Below, piece by piece: positions 28,722 through 36,806 of a DNA stretch of 64,000 nt. The stretch is from Actinomycetota bacterium (GTDB lineage: Bacteria > Actinomycetota > Thermoleophilia > BMS3ABIN01). The stretch spans positions 115,173 to 179,172 of the forward strand of contig JAMCPM010000002.1 in NCBI GenBank assembly GCA_023382335.1, written 5' to 3'. Numbering within the stretch: position 1 is the first letter of the stretch; each line of letters starts with the position of its first letter. A program made the position numbers and the translations under genes. The notes under the pieces were generated by a model, which was given only the letters and a program-made list of their open reading frames with translations, did no database searches and was not told the origin of the DNA.

Positions 28722-29636
28722 ATGCCAATAACGGAAGTTTCCAAGATCTGGATGAACGGGAAGCTGGTGGACTGGGCTGATGCCCAGGTTCATCTGCTAA
28801 CCCATGCGTTGCACTACGGGTCGGGCGTATTTGAGGGAATCCGGGCCTACGATACCAAAAAAGGGACTCATGTCTATCGCCTGACCGAGCACATCGAGAG
28901 GCTGATGCGCTCCGCCAAGATATACATGATGGACGTGCCTTTCACGGTCGAGGAACTGGTGCAGGCGACCAAGGACGTCATCAGGGCCAACGAGCTGGAA
29001 AGCTGCTACGTCCGCCCGATAATCTATCGCGGCTACGGCGAGATGGGGCTCTTCCCCCTGCATGCGCCGGTTGACGTAGCGATCGCTGTCTGGCCTTGGG
29101 GGACCTATCTCGGCGACGAGGGAATCAAGCACGGCATCCGCGCCAAGATCTCCTCGTTCCGGCGTTTCGGGCCAAACAGCATGCCGCCGGCCGCCAAAGC
29201 CACCGGGCAGTACCTGAACTCGAGCCTGGCCAAGGTGGAGGCGGTCAAGGGCGGATACGAGGAGGCCATCCTGCTCGACGACCAGGGTAATCTTTCGGAG
29301 GGTTCCGGGGAAAACCTGTTCGTGGTCAGAAACGGAGTGGTGGCGACGCCGCCTACTTCCTCCGACGTCCTTGAAGGCATCACGGCGGATACCGTTGCCG
29401 CCATCTGCCGTGACGAGGGTATTCCTCTGGAGAAGAAGGTGATGGTGCGCTCGGATCTATATGTCGCTGACGAGGCGTTTCTCACCGGCACCGCGGCCGA
29501 AATCGTGCCGCTGCGAGAGGTCGATGACCGCGTCATCGGCGAGCCGGGCCCGATCACGAAGAAGATTCAGGATACTTTCTACGGCATCATCAAGGCCGAG
29601 AACGACAAATATGCTCACTATCTAGAGTGGGTTTGA
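28722..29636 (+). CDS. ilvE: branched-chain amino acid aminotransferase
   Basis: PLP fold type IV; MPITEVSKIWMNGKLVDWADAQVHLLTHALHYGSGVFEGIRAY. Confidence 0.85.
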   Translation: MPITEVSKIWMNGKLVDWADAQVHLLTHALHYGSGVFEGIRAYDTKKGTHVYRLTEHIERLMRSAKIYMMDVPFTVEELVQATKDVIRANELESCYVRPIIYRGYGEMGLFPLHAPVDVAIAVWPWGTYLGDEGIKHGIRAKISSFRRFGPNSMPPAAKATGQYLNSSLAKVEAVKGGYEEAILLDDQGNLSEGSGENLFVVRNGVVATPPTSSDVLEGITADTVAAICRDEGIPLEKKVMVRSDLYVADEAFLTGTAAEIVPLREVDDRVIGEPGPITKKIQDTFYGIIKAENDKYAHYLEWV

Positions 29637-29650
29637 ACGGCTAGGGCAAT

Positions 29651-31249
29651 ATGACCAAGCGCATCGAAATATACGACACGACCTTGCGGGACGGCATGCA
29701 GCGGGAGGGCATGAGCGTCTCGGTGGACGAGAAGGTCCAGATCGCGCTGCGGCTGGACCGCCTCGGCGTGCACTATATCGAAGGCGGTTTCCCGGGGTCC
29801 AATCCCAAGGATGTGGAATTTTATCAAAAGATGGCCGCTCACAGGCTGCGCACCGCGCGGCTGGCTGCCTTCGGCATGACCCATCGCAAGGACCTGACGC
29901 CGGCCAAGGATCCCATGGTCAGGGAATTGCTGAAGGTGAACACTCCCGTGGTCGCGATCGTGGGCAAGAGCTGGAAGCTCCATACCGTCAAGGTGCTTCG
30001 TGTCAGCCTGCATGAAAACCTCAAACTGATATCGTCGACGGTCGGCTACCTGGCAAAGAAGGGGCGCGAAGTCTTTTTTGACGCGGAACATTTTTTTGAC
30101 GGGTTCAGGGACGATCGTGAGTATTCGCTGCAGACGCTGCGCGAGGCGGTGGAGGGCGGCGCTGCCAGACTGGTCCTTTGCGACACCAACGGAGCCACGT
30201 TGCCTGGCGAGGCCGCTGAGATAGTACGGGCCGTACGCCAGGAGCTTCCCGCGGTGCCGGTGGGCATCCATGCCCACAACGACTCCGACTGCGCGGTGGC
30301 AGTTTCCCTCATGGCCGTGGAGGCCGGAGCAACACAGGTTCAGGGTACTGTCAACGGATACGGCGAGCGTTGCGGCAACGCCAACCTGATCTCGGTCATT
30401 CCCGCTCTCAAGCTGAAGATGGGGCTCGATTGCGTCACCGACCGCAGGCTTGCCGAGCTGACGGAGACGTCACATTACGTGGCCGAGGTGGTAAATGTCA
30501 GCCCCGAGACCCATCAGCCTTATGTAGGCGAGAACGCCTTCGCTCACAAGGGCGGCCTGCACGTGAGCGCCGCCCTCAGGGACGCACGCACGTTCGAGCA
30601 TGTGGATCCGGCGCTGGTTGGCAATCAGCAGCGCATACTCGTGAGCGAGCTGGCTGGCCGCGCGACCGTTCTCAAGAAAGCCGCGGAGATGGGCATCGAC
30701 CTGGCCGGCGAGAAGGACAAGGAGAAACTGGACCGCCTGCTTCGCCGCCTCAAGGAAAAGGAACACGCCGGCTACCATTATGAGGTCGCCGACGCTTCCT
30801 TCGAGCTATTCTTACGCCGTGAGCTGGGTCTGCATAAATCGATGATCGAACTGGATAACTTCCGTGTGATTGTCCAGAAACGAAAGAGCGCCGTCATCAG
30901 CGAAGCCAAGATAGTCCTCAAGGGGAACGGCGGCGGCGAGCTGCCGATCGCTTTCTCCGAAGGCAACGGACCCGTGAATGCTCTTGATATCGCCCTGAGA
31001 AAGCTGCTGCCGGCCAGATTCCCGAAGCTGGTTGAAGAGCTTTCACGCATCCATCTGGTCAACTACAAGGTGCGGATCCTGAATGAGCACAAGGGCACGG
31101 GCGCGGTTACCCGCGTACTGCTCGACTCCAGCGACGGCCAGGACACCTGGGGGACCATCGGCGTCTCGGAAAACATCATCGAGGCCAGCTGGGAAGCCCT
31201 GGTAGACAGCATCGAGTACGGCATGGTCAAGCGCCACCGGCGCCGATAG
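29651..31249 (+). CDS. cimA: (R)-citramalate synthase
   Basis: MTKRIEIYDTTLRDGMQREGMSVSVDEKVQIALRLDRLGVHYIEGGFPGSNPKD, 532 aa; LeuA-like but of the CimA long-form type with DGMQ motif. Confidence 0.8.
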   Translation: MTKRIEIYDTTLRDGMQREGMSVSVDEKVQIALRLDRLGVHYIEGGFPGSNPKDVEFYQKMAAHRLRTARLAAFGMTHRKDLTPAKDPMVRELLKVNTPVVAIVGKSWKLHTVKVLRVSLHENLKLISSTVGYLAKKGREVFFDAEHFFDGFRDDREYSLQTLREAVEGGAARLVLCDTNGATLPGEAAEIVRAVRQELPAVPVGIHAHNDSDCAVAVSLMAVEAGATQVQGTVNGYGERCGNANLISVIPALKLKMGLDCVTDRRLAELTETSHYVAEVVNVSPETHQPYVGENAFAHKGGLHVSAALRDARTFEHVDPALVGNQQRILVSELAGRATVLKKAAEMGIDLAGEKDKEKLDRLLRRLKEKEHAGYHYEVADASFELFLRRELGLHKSMIELDNFRVIVQKRKSAVISEAKIVLKGNGGGELPIAFSEGNGPVNALDIALRKLLPARFPKLVEELSRIHLVNYKVRILNEHKGTGAVTRVLLDSSDGQDTWGTIGVSENIIEASWEALVDSIEYGMVKRHRRR

Positions 31250-31270
31250 CTGCAGGGAGAGGCAGACGCG

Positions 31271-31903
31271 ATGGCTCGACTCCAGCTTCAGCCTCCGGGC
31301 AAGATCATCGCCGTCGGCCTCAATTACCGTTCCCATGCCGCCGAGTTGGGGATGGAGCCTGCTCCCGATCCGGTTCTCTTCATGAAACCGCCTTCCGCCG
31401 TCATCGGTGAGGGGGACGCGATCGTCTTGCCCGCTGCCTCCCGCCAGGTCGACTATGAAGCCGAACTGGCGTTAGTCATAGGCGGGACTGCGCGCGGCGT
31501 CTCTCAAGCCGACGCCGCCGATTATATCCTGGGCTATACCTGCGCCAATGATGTCACCGCCCGCGATCTGCAACAGAGCGACGGACAGTGGACGCGTTCT
31601 AAGGGTTTTGACACTTTCTGTCCGCTGGGACCGTGGGTCGAGACCGATCCGCCGGCTTTAGAAGCCCTGGTCGAACTGGTGCTCAACGGCGAGGTGCGGC
31701 AAAGCGCCGCCATTGCCGACATGATTTTTCCCCCCTTCCAACTCGTGGCATTCATCTCCGGGATCATGACCCTGGAGCGGCACGATGTCATCCTGACCGG
31801 GACCCCTCCCGGCGTGGGGCCGCTGAAGGCCGGAGATGAGGTCGAGGTGCGCATCTCCGGAGTTGGCGCGCTGAACAACAGGGTGGTCTCGGGAAGCGCC
31901 TGA
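31271..31903 (+). CDS. fumarylacetoacetate hydrolase (FAH) family protein
   Basis: LNYRSHAAE...FMKPPSAVIG...DYEAELALVIG FAH-fold motifs; 210 aa; last gene of the BCAA operon. Confidence 0.75.
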   Translation: MARLQLQPPGKIIAVGLNYRSHAAELGMEPAPDPVLFMKPPSAVIGEGDAIVLPAASRQVDYEAELALVIGGTARGVSQADAADYILGYTCANDVTARDLQQSDGQWTRSKGFDTFCPLGPWVETDPPALEALVELVLNGEVRQSAAIADMIFPPFQLVAFISGIMTLERHDVILTGTPPGVGPLKAGDEVEVRISGVGALNNRVVSGSA

Positions 31904-31917
31904 TTGTTTCGGTGGCC

Positions 31918-32001
31918 GGCAATTAAGTAATGTGTCCCTGAAATTGGCAATTTAGTTATGTGTCCCTAAAACTATGAATTAAGTTATGTGTCCCCCTGGT
32001 T
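31918..32001. repeat. three tandem ~28-bp AT-rich direct repeats (GGCAATTAAGTAATGTGTCCCTGAAATT / GGCAATTTAGTTATGTGTCCCTAAAACT / ATGAATTAAGTTATGTGTCCCCCTGGTT) with further GGCAA-phased copies to ~32030
   Basis: Read directly; shared core TTATGTGTCCC. AT-rich island in a GC-rich genome, between the FAH gene and a small membrane ORF/dnaE. Confidence 0.8.
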
Positions 32002-32125
32002 GGCAAAATAGGAGAAGTCCCTCGGCAAGGAATTATCCTGCTCTTCATCGAATTTTAAAGTGGCAGCACGGCGGCTGCCACTTTGGGCATACACAACCGC
32101 CGGCAAGCCTGGAAAGGAGCACCAA

Positions 32126-32467
32126 ATGCGATTCAAGGGTGGACTGGCAAACGGGGCCCTGGCGTCGATCTACGGCGCCGCCTCGTATATCTGTCTCTTC
32201 ATGGCAACGAACCAGCACGACACGATGAAGACCATCTGTTACGTGCTGGGAGCAGCCGGCATCATCCTGGCCATATACTGGTTTGTCACCAGTGAGGTCA
32301 TGGGAATTCCCATTCTCTTGACGGGCATCTGCCACATAGGTCTGGGCGCTCGAGCCGATCACGTCGGCATGCAGATCGGTTGTACCGGCCTGGCGGTAGT
32401 AGCCTTCGCCATCGGCGTCATCATGCTGACCATGGTCAAATCCGGGGAGCTGGGATCGCGTTCCTGA
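32126..32467 (+). CDS. small hydrophobic membrane protein (3-4 TM), hypothetical
   Basis: GGAAAGGAG RBS then ATG at 32126; TM segments GALASIYGAASYICLFMA, ICYVLGAAGIILAIYWFV, GIPILLTGICHIGLG, CTGLAVVAFAIGVIMLTMV. Confidence 0.5.
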   Translation: MRFKGGLANGALASIYGAASYICLFMATNQHDTMKTICYVLGAAGIILAIYWFVTSEVMGIPILLTGICHIGLGARADHVGMQIGCTGLAVVAFAIGVIMLTMVKSGELGSRS

Positions 32468-32582
32468 TCGCACCCGCTTTGTTGCCCGGGCAGAATACGG
32501 TATGAACGTCCAGGCCTCGTAATTTGTTGAACCGCTTGCACGACGGGGATAGAATCCTCGTCGTGAGGGTAAGGGAGAACTC

Positions 32583-35500
32583 TTGAGCAAGGCAAACGCC
32601 AATGATGTTGGCGAGACGCCGGCAACCCCGCCGGAGTCCGGTTTTGTCCACCTTCACGTCCACAGCGAATATTCCGTGCTCGATGGCGCCGTCAGAGTGG
32701 TGCCGCTGCTGGAGCGCTGCCAGGAGCTTGGGATGCCCGCCGTCGCCATCACCGACCACGGCGTCCTTTCCAGCGCCGTGGAATTCTATCGTGAGGCCAC
32801 CGCCCGCGGCATCAAGCCGATCATCGGCTTCGAAGCCTATGTGGTCGAGGACCGCAACGAAAAATCCAGCATGCGCGAGGACCGTTACCATCTGACCCTG
32901 CTGGCCGAGAACGACACCGGCTACCAGAACCTGGTCAGGATCTCCTCGCGGGGATTCCTCGAAGGTTACTATTACAAGCCGCGCGTGGATATGCAGGTCC
33001 TCAGGGAACATTCCGAGGGCATCATCGCCCTTACCGGCTGTCTCAACGGCAGGCTTTCACATCTGCTGTTCACCGGCGACCGCGAGGGCGCCGTCGCCGA
33101 GGTCCGCACCCTGCAGGAGATCTTCGGCGAGGATAACGTCTACATCGAGATCCAGTATCAGGGCCTGGCCGAGCAGGAAAAGGTGAACCCGCTGGTCCGG
33201 GAGGTTGCCGCCGAGGTGGGCCGGCCGCTTGTGGCCACTAACGACGTCCACTATCTTCTGCACGAGGATGCCTCCTCACACGACGCCCTGCTCTGCATCC
33301 AGACCGGCAGCAACCTGCTCGATACCAAGCGCCTCAAGTTCCAGGGGGATCAGTTTTATCTGAAGAGCGCCGGCGAGATGTCCCAGTCGTTCCCCGATGT
33401 GCCGGAGGCGCTGGCGAGTTCTCTGGAGATAGCCGAGCGATGCAACGTCACCCTGGATTTCAGCAGGCTGCTCATCCCCGGGTTCGACACACCCGACGCC
33501 AGCGACGGCGATACCTTCCTGCGAAGCCTTTGCGAGGAGGGGCTCGCCCGGCGCTATCCGGAGGGTCCGCCGCCGGAGGCCCGCGAGCGGCTGGAATTCG
33601 AACTGACGACGATCCGGGAGATGGGCTTCGCCTCATACTTCCTCATTGTCTGGGATTTCGTCAGATATGCGCGCGACAACGATGTCGCCGTCGGTCCCGG
33701 GCGTGGTTCGGCCGCCGGCAGCCTGGTGGCTTATTGCCTGAGCATCACCGATATCGATCCGCTCAGATACGATCTGCTCTTCGAGCGGTTTCTCAACCCC
33801 GGGCGCAAGAGCATGCCCGATATCGACATCGATTTCTCGCCGATCGACCGGGAAAAAGTGCTGGCCTATGTAACAGAACGCTACGGCCGCCAGAACGTGG
33901 CCCAGATCATAACCTTTGGAACCATGGCGGCGCGGCAGGCCACCCGTGACGCCGGCCGGGTCATGGGCCTGCCCTACGGCACGGTAGACAAGATCGTCAA
34001 GTTCATCCCCGAAGGCCCCGGGGTCACCCTCGAGGAATGCCTCAAGCCGGGGCAGGAGCTGCGGGCAGCCTATGAGAGCGACAGTCAGACGCGCGAGGTC
34101 ATCGACCTGGCGCTGCCGCTGGAGGGGCTCATCCGTCAGGATTCCATCCACGCCGCCGGCGTCGTCATCTCGGACCGGGCCCTGACCGATTACGTGCCGC
34201 TGCAGCAGAAGGGCGGCGAGGCCGAGGTGGTGACACAGTTCACCATGGATCACGTGGAGAAACTGGGCCTGCTGAAGATGGACTTCCTGGGCCTGCGAAA
34301 CCTCGATATCCTCAAGGCGGCGGTCAAGCTCATCCGCGACAGCAGGGGCGTGGAGATAGAGCTGTCATCTTTGCCCCTGGATGATGAAAAAACCTTTGAG
34401 ATGCTGCGCCAGGGCCAGAGCGACGGTGTCTTCCAGCTGGAGAGCTCGGGCATGAAGGAATCCCTGCGCGACGTGGGGCCCACCGCCTTTGAAGACATCA
34501 TCGCCATGGTGGCGCTCTATCGTCCCGGACCGATGGAATACATCCCTGCCTACGCCAAGAACAAGCGCAACCCTGGCGGCGTCAAGTATCTCGACCCGAG
34601 GCTCAAGGAGATCCTGGAGCCGACGTATGGCGTCGCCATCTATCAGGAACAGCTGATGGAGATCGCCAAGAAGGTGGGCGGTCTCACCCCCGCCGAGGCT
34701 GATGATCTGCGCAAGTCGATCGGCAAGAAGAACCGCGAGCTGCTGGCGACGCTGAAGAGCAAATTCGTGGAGGGCTGCAAACAGAACCAGGTCGCCGCCG
34801 GCGCCATCGAAAAGCTCTGGAAGCTGATGGAAGCCGCCGCCGGTTATTCCTTCAATAAATCGCACGCCGCGGCCTATGCCATGGTCGCCTACCAGACCGC
34901 CTGGCTGAAGGCGAACTATCCCGTGGAATACATGGCGGCTACCATATCGAGCGTCATGTCAACAAAGGACAAGGTCCCGTTCTACGTCGATGTCTGCTCG
35001 CGCATGGGCATCGAGGTGCTACCGCCCGACGTCAACGAAAGCGGCAGCGATTTCAGGGTTGTCGACGACCGCATCCGTTTCGGCCTCACCGCGGTCAAGA
35101 ACGTCGGCGCCAAGGTGATCGATTCCATCATCGAGGCGCGGCAGGCCGAGGGGCCTTATACCTCGATCTTTGATTTCTGCCGCCGGGTGGATTCCCAGCA
35201 GCTGAAGAAGAACGCCCTCGAGAGCCTGATCAAATGCGGGGCGCTCGATTCCACCGGCGCCAGCCGCAAGGGCATGCTCGATGTCATGGCCCAGGCGCTG
35301 TCTATGGGCTCCCAGAGCCAGCAGGACAGCCTCCTGGGGCAGGGCTCGATCTTCGACCTTGGCGAGGACACGGGCTCCCAGGAAGTGCACGATCCCGAGA
35401 TCCCGGCCGGGGAGTTCGGCTCGCAGGACCTGTCCCGCCTCGAAAAGGAGACCCTGGGCATATTCGTTTCCGGGCACCCCCTAATAGGACTGGAGGATGA

Positions 35501-36101
35501 GATCGCCCGCTTTGGCGCCCTGACGATCTCCGGCCTGCAGGAAGTGCGCGACAAGACCAGCGTCACCGTCATCGGCATGGTCGGCAAGGTCAAGCGGCTG
35601 ACCACCAAGAAGGGTGACCCCATGGCCTTCGTCAATCTCGAGGACCTGGGCGGAAGCACCGAGGTGGTCGTCTTCAGCGATCTATTCAACAAATGCAAAG
35701 AGCTTCTTGTCGAGGATGAAGTGCTGATCGTCAGCGGCCGCGCCGACCTCAAGGGCATCGATGAGGAAGGAAACCGCGAGGTCAAGATCATCGCTACCGA
35801 GATCCGCGCTTTCATCCGCCAGGACGGCGGCGATGGCGAAGACGGCGGCGACGATATTGTCCAACTCTCTCTCGATCGGGACAGCTTCGATCCCGGACTC
35901 CTGAACGATATGAAGGAGCTATGCCGCAGCTATCCCGGCGGCACCCCGGTCGTCGTCAGCATGATGACCTCTGACGGGGTAAGGCGGTTGAAGCTGGGAC
36001 ATCAGGTGCGGCCGGAAAGAGGATTCCTGGCCGGCATCGGTGAGCTGGCGGGCATCCGGGGCGTGAAGCTCGCGCGCGGCGTATCGCATGAAGCCGTTTA
36101 A
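32583..36101 (+). CDS. dnaE: DNA polymerase III alpha subunit
   Basis: PHP domain FVHLHVHSEYSVLDGA; pol III alpha core; OB-fold; 1172 aa. Confidence 0.95.
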   Translation: MSKANANDVGETPATPPESGFVHLHVHSEYSVLDGAVRVVPLLERCQELGMPAVAITDHGVLSSAVEFYREATARGIKPIIGFEAYVVEDRNEKSSMREDRYHLTLLAENDTGYQNLVRISSRGFLEGYYYKPRVDMQVLREHSEGIIALTGCLNGRLSHLLFTGDREGAVAEVRTLQEIFGEDNVYIEIQYQGLAEQEKVNPLVREVAAEVGRPLVATNDVHYLLHEDASSHDALLCIQTGSNLLDTKRLKFQGDQFYLKSAGEMSQSFPDVPEALASSLEIAERCNVTLDFSRLLIPGFDTPDASDGDTFLRSLCEEGLARRYPEGPPPEARERLEFELTTIREMGFASYFLIVWDFVRYARDNDVAVGPGRGSAAGSLVAYCLSITDIDPLRYDLLFERFLNPGRKSMPDIDIDFSPIDREKVLAYVTERYGRQNVAQIITFGTMAARQATRDAGRVMGLPYGTVDKIVKFIPEGPGVTLEECLKPGQELRAAYESDSQTREVIDLALPLEGLIRQDSIHAAGVVISDRALTDYVPLQQKGGEAEVVTQFTMDHVEKLGLLKMDFLGLRNLDILKAAVKLIRDSRGVEIELSSLPLDDEKTFEMLRQGQSDGVFQLESSGMKESLRDVGPTAFEDIIAMVALYRPGPMEYIPAYAKNKRNPGGVKYLDPRLKEILEPTYGVAIYQEQLMEIAKKVGGLTPAEADDLRKSIGKKNRELLATLKSKFVEGCKQNQVAAGAIEKLWKLMEAAAGYSFNKSHAAAYAMVAYQTAWLKANYPVEYMAATISSVMSTKDKVPFYVDVCSRMGIEVLPPDVNESGSDFRVVDDRIRFGLTAVKNVGAKVIDSIIEARQAEGPYTSIFDFCRRVDSQQLKKNALESLIKCGALDSTGASRKGMLDVMAQALSMGSQSQQDSLLGQGSIFDLGEDTGSQEVHDPEIPAGEFGSQDLSRLEKETLGIFVSGHPLIGLEDEIARFGALTISGLQEVRDKTSVTVIGMVGKVKRLTTKKGDPMAFVNLEDLGGSTEVVVFSDLFNKCKELLVEDEVLIVSGRADLKGIDEEGNREVKIIATEIRAFIRQDGGDGEDGGDDIVQLSLDRDSFDPGLLNDMKELCRSYPGGTPVVVSMMTSDGVRRLKLGHQVRPERGFLAGIGELAGIRGVKLARGVSHEAV

Positions 36102-36196
36102 CCGGGACGTTCCCCCCTATCTTTAGAGGCTCCTTGTCTCCCGCCTCGGGTTATGATAGCTTCCCCTCTTACCGACCCGAGTAGTCAAGGAGAGAG

Positions 36197-36577
36197 ATGC
36201 CGAGCGCCAAGGAAGCGATACAGGAACTGCTTGAGATGTCACCGAGCATCCGCCACGCCGTGCTTGTGCGCGGCGAGAGTGAAGTCCTTGCCAGCACTTT
36301 CGCCAACAGCCAGTCGGAAGCCGTGATGGTGGAGATGTCGCGCCGGATGCTGGAGGAAGGGCGCATGTCGGCCAAAGAGATGGACCGGCCTGAACTGACC
36401 CAGCTCTTTATCGAGGCCAACAGCGGCTGCGTTTTCATCGTCGCCGGCGAGAAGGACACCTGGCTCGCGGTTTCAACCGGTTCCAACCCCACCGTGGGCC
36501 TCGTGCTCTACGACGTCAACACCGCCCTTCGGACCGCCCTCGAGGGCGAAGCCGATGAAGGCGATTACGGAAAGTAG
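36197..36577 (+). CDS. roadblock/LC7 (MglB-like) domain protein
   Basis: 126 aa with the alpha-beta-alpha roadblock pattern (AVLVRGESEVLAS...GCVFIVAGEKDTWLAVSTG...VGLVLYDVNTA). Confidence 0.5.
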   Translation: MPSAKEAIQELLEMSPSIRHAVLVRGESEVLASTFANSQSEAVMVEMSRRMLEEGRMSAKEMDRPELTQLFIEANSGCVFIVAGEKDTWLAVSTGSNPTVGLVLYDVNTALRTALEGEADEGDYGK

Positions 36578-36582
36578 GGGTA

Positions 36583-36789
36583 ATGGCCAGGGGAAGATTC
36601 TTCTTTGGATTTCTGCTCTCGATCGCCTCGGCGCTGGGGCTTACCTGGCTGGTAAGGCGCATCCGCCACCAGGCCAGGGTCGAGCTCTACTTTGATGATG
36701 GCTCGATGCTGGCGATCAACAACAAGACCTCTGAACTGTCGCAAAAGTTGACCTCAATGGCCGATGAGCTGGTCAAGCGGGCTCTGTAG
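36583..36789 (+). CDS. small single-TM protein, hypothetical
   Basis: 68 aa, FFFGFLLSIASALGLTWLV TM, 5 nt after the roadblock gene. Confidence 0.4.
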   Translation: MARGRFFFGFLLSIASALGLTWLVRRIRHQARVELYFDDGSMLAINNKTSELSQKLTSMADELVKRAL

Positions 36790-36806
36790 TCAGGATCACG
36801 CGCAAG

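Noticed and set aside
31918-32030. Possible mini-CRISPR array (repeated ~28-bp units)
   Set aside because: Units are directly adjacent, degenerate, with no unique spacers, and no cas genes are nearby. It is a tandem direct-repeat (iteron/operator-like) island, not CRISPR.
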